From Pseudomonadota bacterium (lineage in GTDB: Bacteria > Bdellovibrionota_B > Oligoflexia > Silvanigrellales > Silvanigrellaceae), in assembly GCA_039799905.1 (NCBI GenBank), contig JBDLRP010000048.1:10024-74023 (forward strand): a stretch of DNA of 64,000 bases. The letters run 5' to 3'. A program made the translations under genes and the position numbers. Below are positions 39,956 through 48,819 of this stretch, in pieces. Position 1 is the first letter of the stretch; every line of letters begins with the position of its first letter. A model generated the notes under the pieces. That model was not told the DNA's origin and did no database searches. It saw only the letters and a list, made by a program, of their open reading frames with translations.

Positions 39956-41092
39956 ATGGACGTCTTTCACCTCGTCAGAGATTTTCTCAGCGGACAAGCG
40001 GGGTCAGCGAGTTTTGAAGAAGAGCTGCAGACTCTCGACAACACGCAGATTCGCATTGCGCTTTTGGGGCGATCCGGAACAGGGAAGTCGAGCCTGATGA
40101 ACGCACTTGTGGGCGAGCGGGTTGCCGCCTCGGGCGCAGTGGAAACAACGACAAAGGCGCAAGAATTTGATGTCAACGGTCTGATTTTTGTTGATCTGCC
40201 CGGCGGCGGAACATCACAATTCCCGTTTGACGAGTATCTCGACACAATCAAGATTGCACGCTACGACGCCTTCGTTTTAGTTGTATCAAAAAGAATACTC
40301 GAGAGCGATTCGGACCTGTTCAACGAATTGAAAAGCAGAACTGGAAAAAAGATTCACATCGTCCGTACCATGCTCGATCAGGATATCGAAAATGCAGTAC
40401 ACGATGGCGTTTCTCCAGAGCTGTTGACGCACAGACTCCGCGCTGATCTCGAGGGAAAATTCGGCACCACAAATCACTGCTGGCTTATTTCCAACCGACA
40501 TCCGGACGCATATGATTTTCCTGCTTTTTCCGATTCGCTGCTGGAAGATTTTGATGAGGCGCGCCGTGATAAATACGTTTTCGCAGTGCAGGCCTACACA
40601 ACCGATCAGTTGCGCCGCAAGCGGGAAGTCGCCGAGCGCCACGTCACGCTGTTTGCCGGCATGGCGGCCGTCAACGGATTCAATCCGATACCTGCTGCCG
40701 ATATCGTTGCCGACGTGGCAATTCTGGTCAAAATGAATCAATGGATTTTGCGCTGCTACAAACTGGATGAGGAGCATCTGAAGAAAGAGCTGCGGCGCGC
40801 GCCAATGACATCGGCGCAAGTCACACTGATCAATCGCCTGATTGCCTATGGCACGCGTGAATTCATTCTCTCGCTGTTGAAAAAACAGGCCACACGCATG
40901 ACGGGAAAAGAAATTGCAAAATGGGTTCCTGTTGTCGGCCAGATGGCATCTGCAGGCCTTGGATTCGCTCTGACCCGCTGGATGGGGCACGACCTCATCG
41001 GTCAGTGTGAAGAGGCGACCCGGGCACTTTTGCAGGTCAACGCCGCAGCGTCCGGTAAAAGCAGTAAACCCAAGATGAGCAAGAAAAACTGA
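39956..41092 (+). CDS. P-loop GTPase with IRG/IIGP-like G domain and DUF697-like hydrophobic C-terminus
   Basis: GRSGTGKSS (G1), GAVETT, DLPG (G3), RTMLD (G4), LISN..YDFP; C-terminal PIPAAD and VPVVG. Confidence 0.8.
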   Translation: MDVFHLVRDFLSGQAGSASFEEELQTLDNTQIRIALLGRSGTGKSSLMNALVGERVAASGAVETTTKAQEFDVNGLIFVDLPGGGTSQFPFDEYLDTIKIARYDAFVLVVSKRILESDSDLFNELKSRTGKKIHIVRTMLDQDIENAVHDGVSPELLTHRLRADLEGKFGTTNHCWLISNRHPDAYDFPAFSDSLLEDFDEARRDKYVFAVQAYTTDQLRRKREVAERHVTLFAGMAAVNGFNPIPAADIVADVAILVKMNQWILRCYKLDEEHLKKELRRAPMTSAQVTLINRLIAYGTREFILSLLKKQATRMTGKEIAKWVPVVGQMASAGLGFALTRWMGHDLIGQCEEATRALLQVNAAASGKSSKPKMSKKN

Positions 41093-41136
41093 ACGGGTGC
41101 TGATGCATCAAATCAAAACGTTTCACCCCGCACAGC

Positions 41137-42171
41137 TTATGCCGGAAGTTGCTGATCGATGCGGACCTTGCCGTCGAACACATTGTAGACCTGCTCTTCG
41201 TCAGCCCGCGAGGCACGCAGACTGCCCGTCAACTGTGGAAGCGCGGTCATTAATTTCTGACATTGTTCAATGCCTCGCATGGCGCGCTGAAGCTGCTCTC
41301 CGACTTGCTCGCTGATTTGTGTGAGTTGTTTTTCAGCATCCTGCAGCATGCGGATTTTTTCGTTCACCCCGACCGACATCTCATAGTAGCGGATGGCGTG
41401 TGAGAGCGGCTGCAAGGCGACGAACAAGGTATGCGGAGAGACAACCAGAACACGTTCGTCGACGAGCGATTGCCAAAGCTCAACATCATGAAGAACTTCC
41501 TGAAAGACTCCCTCAGAGGGAATGAAGAGATATGCAAAATCGGTTGTTCCCAGCTCTGGCCTGACATACTTGCGGGCAATCTCACGAGCGCTTGTCCTCA
41601 GAGCTGAGGAAAGTTGTTTGCGAGCCTCGCGCATTTCTGCTTCGTCGACACGGCCTTCCAACAACACCTGTGCAGCGGCAAAATGAAACTTTGCATCAAT
41701 TGGACAAACCAGACCAACGTGGGGAAAGCGAATCACGGCGTCAACTCGTCCGCCGCCAATGTCGTATTGAAATGCGTAGCCGTGTGGTGGCAAAAAGTCA
41801 CTCAGGAGTCTTTCGAGGGTCGTTTCGCCCAGAATCCGCCCGCGCAAATGCGGCACCACCAGCGCTGTCTTGAGCGAACCTACAGCGTCATTCATCGTTT
41901 TGAGCTGTTGCGCCTGACCACCCAGTTGCGAGTGAACATCGCGGCTCCAGTTCTCTACCCGCTTGGCGAGGGCATCGCCCTGCTGGGCAATGTGCTGTTC
42001 GAGCTGACGCTGGAAATTATGCAGTTCAGTGAGCTTTGCATCCTGCTTTTTTTGCATCGACCGCGACCAGCCGCGCAACAGAACGCCGATACAAACAAGC
42101 CCTATGAGGAGAGTCACACTGAGCGGATATGCAAGTGCGGTTACGATTGTGTTAGTATCTACAAGCGACAT
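41137..42171 (-). CDS. rmuC: DNA recombination protein RmuC family
   Basis: N-terminal TM and coiled coil; RG.LGE..LE, VDAVI, PIDAKF, KYV.P..GTTDFA.LFIPSE, VSP.TL; ATG 42171 with GGGAGGT SD. Confidence 0.88.
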   Translation of the reverse strand: MSLVDTNTIVTALAYPLSVTLLIGLVCIGVLLRGWSRSMQKKQDAKLTELHNFQRQLEQHIAQQGDALAKRVENWSRDVHSQLGGQAQQLKTMNDAVGSLKTALVVPHLRGRILGETTLERLLSDFLPPHGYAFQYDIGGGRVDAVIRFPHVGLVCPIDAKFHFAAAQVLLEGRVDEAEMREARKQLSSALRTSAREIARKYVRPELGTTDFAYLFIPSEGVFQEVLHDVELWQSLVDERVLVVSPHTLFVALQPLSHAIRYYEMSVGVNEKIRMLQDAEKQLTQISEQVGEQLQRAMRGIEQCQKLMTALPQLTGSLRASRADEEQVYNVFDGKVRIDQQLPA

Positions 42172-42204
42172 GCCGCGTACCTCCCTATGGACTGGTGAGA
42201 TTCT

Positions 42205-43215
42205 ATGAGCAGCAGACAAACTTTGCCAGACAGGCCGTTGAGCGATTGGCTCGTGTCGCGCGCGAACAATGCTGCGGCTGATGCGCTTGAGCATTTCCTG
42301 CTGCAGTTTCAGAGCCTGAATACCCGCCGCAGCTATCGCTCGGACGTCGATTCTTTTTTTCGCTGCTGGCAAAAACTGAATGTCGATCTTGGGGAGAATT
42401 TGAACTCAGTCAGCGAGAAGCACGTGCTGCTCTGGCTGGAGCAATTTGCGCAGAGTGCCACCCGTGCGCGCAAGCTGGCAAGCCTGAGTTCGTTTTTTGG
42501 ATTCTGTGAACAACGCAAACTGTTGGATGTGAATCCCTGCACCCTGATCGCAAGACCGCACGTCGAGCCAACTCAAGAGACACAGGCGCTCAATGAGCAG
42601 GAGACTCTCAAACTTCTAAATCATTTGTACGCCGCCGCCTTCGACTTATCCCCGACGGGAGTGCATGCGCGCCGGCAGAAACTCGCCGCACAATTGCGCT
42701 TCGCAGTTATACACACGCTTTTTTCCGTCGGCATGCGGGTCGATGAACTTTGCGAATTGCGGGTGGCTGATCTTTTTTTTGAACCGCCGGACTACCGGCT
42801 GCGCTTTGTCAGCAAAGGCGGCGATGAACACACAACCGCAGTCTCGGAGTCGTGCGCCCAGGTTATAAAAGACTACTTGAATGAATGCAGGGGCGAAGTG
42901 TGCGCTGACGATTTTGTATTTGTTCGGGTACAGGCAACAAAGACTCAGGTGAAGCTGTCACAAACCGCAGTCTTCAAGATGATCAGAGAATCCGCGCGCG
43001 ACGCCGGACTCAATAAAATTCTCAGCCCGCATAGTGCGCGCGCCACGGTCGCTACAGTCTTACACCGGCAAGGTGTACCGTTGGGCTTCATCCAGAACCT
43101 TCTGAATCACAAGCAAATCACGACCACCGCGCGCTATGTTAAAAAAGCAAACGAGCGCGACGAATCCGCCGCGCTCAAGGCACCCGTTTCACTCTGGCTT
43201 GGCAATAACGAGTAA
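42205..43215 (+). CDS. Tyrosine recombinase (XerC/XerD-like)
   Basis: TRRSYRSD, RKLASLSSFF, GMRVDEL, KGG, SPHSAR, LNH..TTARY. Confidence 0.9.
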   Translation: MSSRQTLPDRPLSDWLVSRANNAAADALEHFLLQFQSLNTRRSYRSDVDSFFRCWQKLNVDLGENLNSVSEKHVLLWLEQFAQSATRARKLASLSSFFGFCEQRKLLDVNPCTLIARPHVEPTQETQALNEQETLKLLNHLYAAAFDLSPTGVHARRQKLAAQLRFAVIHTLFSVGMRVDELCELRVADLFFEPPDYRLRFVSKGGDEHTTAVSESCAQVIKDYLNECRGEVCADDFVFVRVQATKTQVKLSQTAVFKMIRESARDAGLNKILSPHSARATVATVLHRQGVPLGFIQNLLNHKQITTTARYVKKANERDESAALKAPVSLWLGNNE

Positions 43216-43255
43216 CTGCGCAAACCGCACTTGCGGCGATTTGCGATGGACCCGC

Positions 43256-43606
43256 TCAGATATCTTCGTCGTCGTCGTCGCGCATGCCCGGTCCGACGAT
43301 TGTCACCTTGCTATCGTCGAGGTCGGCATTCTTAACCGCGTCGCGCAACTTTTCCGAAGGATGGAACGTCACAACACGACGAGCCGAAATTTCGATTCGC
43401 TCACCCGTGTGGGGGTTACGCCCGGGACGGCTCTGTTTGCTTTTGACCGTCCACTTGCCGAATCCGGAGATCTTGACCTCCTCACCCTGCTCCAGCTTGT
43501 TCTTCATTGTTTCAAGCATCAGTTCAACAAGCTTTTTAGCTTCCTGGGACGAGAACTGAGTCCGCTGGCGGATGATCTCGACAAGCCTATCTTTGGTGAG
43601 TGTCAT
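43256..43606 (-). CDS. ihfA: Integration host factor alpha subunit with acidic tail
   Basis: MTLTKD, VKISGFG, RPGRNPHTGE, ISARRVVTF. Confidence 0.88.
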   Translation of the reverse strand: MTLTKDRLVEIIRQRTQFSSQEAKKLVELMLETMKNKLEQGEEVKISGFGKWTVKSKQSRPGRNPHTGERIEISARRVVTFHPSEKLRDAVKNADLDDSKVTIVGPGMRDDDDEDI

Positions 43607-43840
43607 GGTGCAGTATCCCCTCTCAAATGCGGCATTGCTCACACTTGCGTGTATCATTTCACACCCTTACCCCGACCTTCAACGGCACCTGCGTCAAAAA
43701 TTCCGAATACAGCCCAAAGAATTCACTCTGATAAAGGGTTGCGCGGTCGCAGTGCCCCTCCCCAGGGCTTGCCGATCCGACGCCAGACCGTTAGACACTC
43801 CGTGGGCCTGAGCCCCAACGCTTGCCGGAGACCACACACT

Positions 43841-44242
43841 ATGAATCTACTCTTTTTGCACGCTTTTTTTGCCACCACCCTGTTCGGAGCCGTCTTGGCA
43901 GATGCGCTCTTCCTCCGTTCAAAAAACTCGCAGATTCTTCAGCCCGAAGCGCTGGTCGCAAGCTGGCGCCGCTGGATTGGCCTCTATGAAATGCTCGCTG
44001 TTGTCGTCGTCGCAGGATTGGGAATCGTCCAATGGATGCCGAATATGGCGGCCTACTCCGCGCCGGTTTTCCACAGCAAGTTTTCGCTTCTTCTCGTTCT
44101 TCTTGGACTCGCCAAGGTGCGCATGCTCAAGGAAAGAAAGTCGGGTGTTCCGTCGTTCACCTTGACGCGCCTCATGCTTGCTGTGGTGACCCTTATGGTC
44201 CTTCTGGGCTTCGGATCCAGTTCCGGAGTCATTCCTCGATGA
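43841..44242 (+). CDS. Small four-TM membrane protein
   Basis: 133-aa hydrophobic ORF from ATG 43841 with GGAG upstream; ATGA overlap with trpS. Confidence 0.7.
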   Translation: MNLLFLHAFFATTLFGAVLADALFLRSKNSQILQPEALVASWRRWIGLYEMLAVVVVAGLGIVQWMPNMAAYSAPVFHSKFSLLLVLLGLAKVRMLKERKSGVPSFTLTRLMLAVVTLMVLLGFGSSSGVIPR

Positions 44243-45264
44243 CTTCTGCACAGCCCACCCACACAACACACGTCGTCGGGCGCACGCGGGTTCTGACGGG
44301 AGCCAAACCGACAGCCGACCTGCACGTCGGCAATTTCTTCGGCGCCATCAGGCCGGCGGTTGAAGCCTCGCTTGATAAAAGCAGAGAAGTCATTCTGATG
44401 TGCGTGGACTGGCATGGTCTCACCGATCGCGCCAAAATTCTTGAGCCAGGCAAAAATACCGCAGGCTTGCTCGCCACGTATCTGACCATGGGATTCTCGC
44501 TCGAAGACAACATGTGTATCGTGCAGAGCGAAATTCCACAGATTCAGGAAATCGCATGGTACCTGTCTTGTGTGAGTGCAGTCGGTCTTCTCGAGCGGGC
44601 ACATGCGTACAAAGACGCAGTTGCAAACGGCAAGGAGCCGACCGCGGGTCTGTTCAATTACCCTGTGCTGATGGCAGCTGACATTGTTACCTTCGATGCA
44701 CAGGTCGTACCTGTCGGCAAAGACCAATCCCAGCATCTCGAATACGCATCAGACATGGTGAAGCTCTTTAACAACTCGGTGGGCAGGCCTGTGCTCTTTG
44801 AACCCAAAGCGTTGATTCAGGAAACACCGTTGCTGATCGGCACCGATGGGGAACGGAAGATGAGCAAGAGCTATGGCAATCATCTGCCTTTGTTCGCCCC
44901 GAAAAAGGAGATCGAAAAGCGCTGCAAGGAAATCAAAACTGATTCCAAAGGACTCGACGATCCCAAAGACCCCGAGACCTGCGCGGTGTTCCAGATTCTC
45001 AAATCATTCGGATCGAATGAGTCCATTGAATACATGGACGACCGACTCCGGCGCGGCACGGGTTATGGCTATGGCCATGCCAAAAAAGACCTCTTTGAGG
45101 AGCATGAACGGGTCTTTGGCAGCAAACGCGAGTTGTATGAGCACTACCTGAACAGTCCGCGCGAGGTGGCCCAACTCCTGTCGGCAGGACACGAAAAGGC
45201 CCGCCAGCTGGCAGCGACAGTTCGCCAACGGGTGCGCGATGCGCTTGGTTTGGGTATTCTGTAG
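44239..45264 (+). CDS. trpS: Tryptophanyl-tRNA synthetase
   Basis: HVGN (HIGH-like), YPVLMAADI, VPVGKDQ.QH, KMSKS, GYGHAKK. Confidence 0.96.
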   Translation: MTSAQPTHTTHVVGRTRVLTGAKPTADLHVGNFFGAIRPAVEASLDKSREVILMCVDWHGLTDRAKILEPGKNTAGLLATYLTMGFSLEDNMCIVQSEIPQIQEIAWYLSCVSAVGLLERAHAYKDAVANGKEPTAGLFNYPVLMAADIVTFDAQVVPVGKDQSQHLEYASDMVKLFNNSVGRPVLFEPKALIQETPLLIGTDGERKMSKSYGNHLPLFAPKKEIEKRCKEIKTDSKGLDDPKDPETCAVFQILKSFGSNESIEYMDDRLRRGTGYGYGHAKKDLFEEHERVFGSKRELYEHYLNSPREVAQLLSAGHEKARQLAATVRQRVRDALGLGIL

Positions 45265-45293
45265 GCAAACATACAGCCTGCAGGAGCCCCACC

Positions 45294-46481
45294 ATGAACC
45301 GACAAACCGTCGACAGACCAATTCTGCGTACTGCTCCGCTGCTGCTCGGCAGCGTTGCCCTGCTCAGCGGCTGTCAGCTGTTGGGATCCAAAAACAACAC
45401 TTTTGTACAAAAGGACGCGACAGGGAAGATTCAAGCTCTGCTGCTGCCCTATAACGACACCATTGCCGACGCTGCGCCCTCGAACCCGAGCGTGCCGCCC
45501 ATCACTGCAACTGATCCGTCCGCCGCGACCGACACAAGTGCGGCGCCCTCTGCCGACAGCGATGCGCCAACACCCGACACGGCCGATGCTGTCACAACAA
45601 CCTTCAAAAAAATGGGCCAATGCTGGTACATGGTCCGCGAGCAGGACAAACGTAAAAAGAAAATTGACCTGCAGACGGTCAATTTAAGCCTGCCAGCAGA
45701 CCAAGCCGATGCTCTTGAGGGAGCAGAGCTCATCACACCGAATTATGTTCCGACACCAGCACTCATCGGCGCCATGAAACGGGATCCTCTGCTGCGTAAC
45801 ATGCGCGCGCTTTATGACAATACGCGGCAGCGGCTGACGGAAGCCAGCCAACGTAATTTTTCCAATCTGACCTCAAATCCTGTTTACGTTGCAACGGTTG
45901 GCGGTACGATCGCCAGTCAGGCTTTTCTCAACGACAGATTGGGCGGAATGAGCGCAGAAGACCTTCTTGCCAACCGAGAGAAAGCCGTAGCTTTTTGGGC
46001 AAGAGTGACGGAAAACTCGGCCATTGCAAAATTCCGCAACGGAGCGCTCGTCGCAAAGCTCGCAGGCCCGCGCAACACCATCGTCAAGTCGGCATACGAC
46101 GTGTTCAACAAGGCACATCACTTCTGCTTTAGAAATCCATCCACTTCGCGTGTCATGGGCCTTGCCTGTGTGACGGGACTCGTCACCGTCATTTCGGCGG
46201 CCATTCAGGGATCGGTCAATCTGTGGACAGAAAACACTGAAAAACCGCCACCACTTTTCAAGGCTGACAAGCAATTCCTTGACGAATTTGCTGCTGCTGT
46301 CTCGGACATCGAAAAGGAAGCATTAGTCACGTCCGATGAACTCGATGCACTCACGCGCGTGGCCGACGGAAAAACTCCCGAGGGAGTGCTCCGCCGGCTC
46401 GGCAAACGCCCGGGTGCCGCCTGCCCGACATCACAGCAGGCAGCACGCAACCTCCGTGTCGCGGCAGGATTGGAACAATAG
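45294..46481 (+). CDS. Hypothetical lipoprotein
   Basis: Lipobox LSGC; Pro/Ala/Thr/Asp-rich linker; one internal hydrophobic helix. Confidence 0.75.
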   Translation: MNRQTVDRPILRTAPLLLGSVALLSGCQLLGSKNNTFVQKDATGKIQALLLPYNDTIADAAPSNPSVPPITATDPSAATDTSAAPSADSDAPTPDTADAVTTTFKKMGQCWYMVREQDKRKKKIDLQTVNLSLPADQADALEGAELITPNYVPTPALIGAMKRDPLLRNMRALYDNTRQRLTEASQRNFSNLTSNPVYVATVGGTIASQAFLNDRLGGMSAEDLLANREKAVAFWARVTENSAIAKFRNGALVAKLAGPRNTIVKSAYDVFNKAHHFCFRNPSTSRVMGLACVTGLVTVISAAIQGSVNLWTENTEKPPPLFKADKQFLDEFAAAVSDIEKEALVTSDELDALTRVADGKTPEGVLRRLGKRPGAACPTSQQAARNLRVAAGLEQ

Positions 46482-46484
46482 ACT

Positions 46485-47456
46485 TCAAAGCATCAACCCA
46501 ACGTCGAGTCCGAAACGTGCTGTCTTTTGCGTGCGGCCGACGCCTGCGAAGATCGACACCGTCCTGTTTTCAAAACCAAGCCGACCTTCACCGCCGAAGT
46601 CGTCGCGCCATTTGTTCTCTTCATCCCAGACTCCGCCACCCAATGCCCGCGCACCAAGAATGATGCCGTTCAAGTTGAAACCTGCACCCAGCAGAGCATG
46701 AGCGCTGGCACGCTTCATGAGGTTGTCGCCCTTCGACATGGATGCAGCGGTGCCACCCATCTCGGTGCGCAGGTTGGGCATGCCTGTGTTTGGACGCACG
46801 TAGGCGACCTCAAGACCTATAATTGGAAATGATTCGTCCGAATCGCGGTCGGCATCCTGCCCCATTCGAGCTGCGATGCGTCCAAAATTTTCACGCGACA
46901 ATTCCGTCTTGACCACGGGCTCAACCGACACACGCGGCAGTTCCGCAGGCTCCTTCACGGGCTCGATTTGCGGTTCACCCGTTTCAGACGAGGCACCTGC
47001 CGTTGAATGCAGACGGCGGTCTTCGCTGGTCACGGGATTGTCTCCCTCGGCCATCGCAGCCTTGGTTGCAGGAGTAATCGCAACAAATGTCAGACGCACT
47101 GAATTGCCAAGCTGCCGGCTTGGGCCAGCATTCAGTGTGTCAATGCGCGCGGCTGGAAAGTCTGCCGAGAGCTTCCGCCGCAAGTTCTCGATGCGTGTGT
47201 CCGCGCGCTTGATATTCGCATTCAATTTTCCCGCAGCCTGAGTGCTTGCGAGAATCTGAAAATACTCGATATCATCCTTGCGGTTGATGAACGATGCCAG
47301 ACAGTCATCAAGAGCCTTTGAGGGAACAGCGGTTACGTTGCCGCTGTATCTGAGCGTACAATCATGCGCTTCGGTGCGGCTGGCAGCCTGCGCGTTCTGC
47401 AGTACAAACCACGCGGATAATGCCGCACCGGCCATCAACAGTTGATGTCCCTTCAT
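46485..47456 (-). CDS. Exported protein: OmpA-like N-terminal region + C-terminal beta-barrel
   Basis: Signal peptide ending AQA; N...A..R pattern; C-terminal amphipathic strands ending FGLDVGLML; GGAGG SD. Confidence 0.55.
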   Translation of the reverse strand: MKGHQLLMAGAALSAWFVLQNAQAASRTEAHDCTLRYSGNVTAVPSKALDDCLASFINRKDDIEYFQILASTQAAGKLNANIKRADTRIENLRRKLSADFPAARIDTLNAGPSRQLGNSVRLTFVAITPATKAAMAEGDNPVTSEDRRLHSTAGASSETGEPQIEPVKEPAELPRVSVEPVVKTELSRENFGRIAARMGQDADRDSDESFPIIGLEVAYVRPNTGMPNLRTEMGGTAASMSKGDNLMKRASAHALLGAGFNLNGIILGARALGGGVWDEENKWRDDFGGEGRLGFENRTVSIFAGVGRTQKTARFGLDVGLML

Positions 47457-47665
47457 GTCGCCTCCTATTGTTCAATCCCAACCAATTTCCGAGCCGGCCT
47501 GTGCAGAACTTCCGGCAAACGGCGCTTTTGTGCAATTTACGAATCTGATGATTCGACAAGTTTGAGGAGAGAAGGCGGACTCCCATCACCGACAATCTCC
47601 CGCCACAGCGACTGACTTCACGCCAGAGCATTTGCTAAAGTTGAGAAAGTTTTTCAGGAGCACGG

Positions 47666-48244
47666 GTGAACGTCTTAATTAGAAAAAATAACGGAATGAT
47701 ACTTGGACCGATTGCCATCGGTGACCTCGCCAGCCTGCTCGCCTCAGGACAAATACATAAGGGCGACAAAGCGGCGCTGGAAGGAAGCAACGACTGGCAG
47801 GAGGTGACGACACTTCTCAAACAGTCAGGACTGAGCGGACATACGCTCGCGGGTCACGGCCGCCGTCTGATTGCCTTTTTGTTCGATTTGGGAATCCTCT
47901 TCATGATTGTGAATTTCTCAAATCTGCTGTTCGAAAAATTCCCGCTGTTTTCGGAAACACAATTGGACACTCAACGCCAGTTCATTTTTTATACTGTCAT
48001 CTGGCAAATCGTGATCGCCCTGCTGCAGGCATCCAGACTACAGGCGTCGCTTGGAAAAGCTATTGTTGGTCTTGCGGTCCTCAGCGAGGAAAACCAGCGA
48101 CTCACTCTGTCGCAGTCATTTGCGCGTCAGTTTGCCTTTATCGCTACGGCATCTTTTCTAATATTTTTCCTCATGCCGCTCTTCAGCCGGAAACGGCAGG
48201 CCGCGCACGACGTGATGATCCGCTCGGTTGTCGTCGAGGTTTGA
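47666..48244 (+). CDS. RDD family protein with N-terminal GYF_2-like domain
   Basis: GPI...L..L..SGQI...W; AGHGRRLIAFLFD, SLGK, QAAHD. Confidence 0.8.
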   Translation: MNVLIRKNNGMILGPIAIGDLASLLASGQIHKGDKAALEGSNDWQEVTTLLKQSGLSGHTLAGHGRRLIAFLFDLGILFMIVNFSNLLFEKFPLFSETQLDTQRQFIFYTVIWQIVIALLQASRLQASLGKAIVGLAVLSEENQRLTLSQSFARQFAFIATASFLIFFLMPLFSRKRQAAHDVMIRSVVVEV

Positions 48245-48249
48245 TGGGT

Positions 48250-48819
48250 TCAAACCCGAATATCCTGATTGCGAATCCGCACGACCCGAGTTCCGCTGAT
48301 TAAATCGGTCGGGTAAACACCGAACAGCAGCGTCAGCGGAAACAGACAGAGGATTCGTCCCACCGATTCACGAACTATGACACGCACCAGACCAAGACGG
48401 GAGTTTGGAAAACTCGCGTGCACCACCTGCAGACCAAGAACCCTTTTTCCGAATGTCATCCCCGATTGCCAAGTCAGGAAAACCCAATAAAAAAATATCA
48501 CCGGCGCAAACGATGCACTCGCTCCCAGGTTCACAAACATATTGTTTGTAAAATATGCTGTGGCAGACTTTATCAACAAAGCGATGGGAGTGCAGATTGA
48601 CAGATCAATTGCCAATGCGAACAGGCGCTCCTGCAGGCCGGCTTTTGAGTATACAGAAAAATCCTGCTCAAATTGAAACTTGAGCAAACCGCTGTTCGCC
48701 CTCTCAGAAACAGCTGGCTGCGTTTTCGCATGTTGAACCTCGGCTGCCGTGCGGCTGCGTGCAGCAGCCATTCTCTGCTCGACCAGCGATATTTTACCGG
48801 AACTCTTGTCATCCGGCAT
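48250..48819 (-). CDS. RDD family protein
   Basis: AGLQERLFALAID, GMTFGKRVLGLQVV, RE, DLISGTRVV; GGAGG SD before ATG 48819. Confidence 0.82.
   Translation of the reverse strand: MPDDKSSGKISLVEQRMAAARSRTAAEVQHAKTQPAVSERANSGLLKFQFEQDFSVYSKAGLQERLFALAIDLSICTPIALLIKSATAYFTNNMFVNLGASASFAPVIFFYWVFLTWQSGMTFGKRVLGLQVVHASFPNSRLGLVRVIVRESVGRILCLFPLTLLFGVYPTDLISGTRVVRIRNQDIRV

Noticed and set aside
42205..43215. Tyrosine recombinase as a prophage or integrative-element integrase
   Set aside because: No phage, conjugation or cargo genes, no adjacent tRNA or recognisable att repeats; neighbours look chromosomal
43136..43840. N-terminal 235 aa of the 368-aa ORF 43136..44242
   Set aside because: Overlaps the recombinase end and ihfA antisense; the real gene most likely starts at ATG 43841
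47505..47540. Additional sigma-28-like site upstream of 47456(-)
   Set aside because: GCCGGAAG -10 and a poor -35; too weak to call
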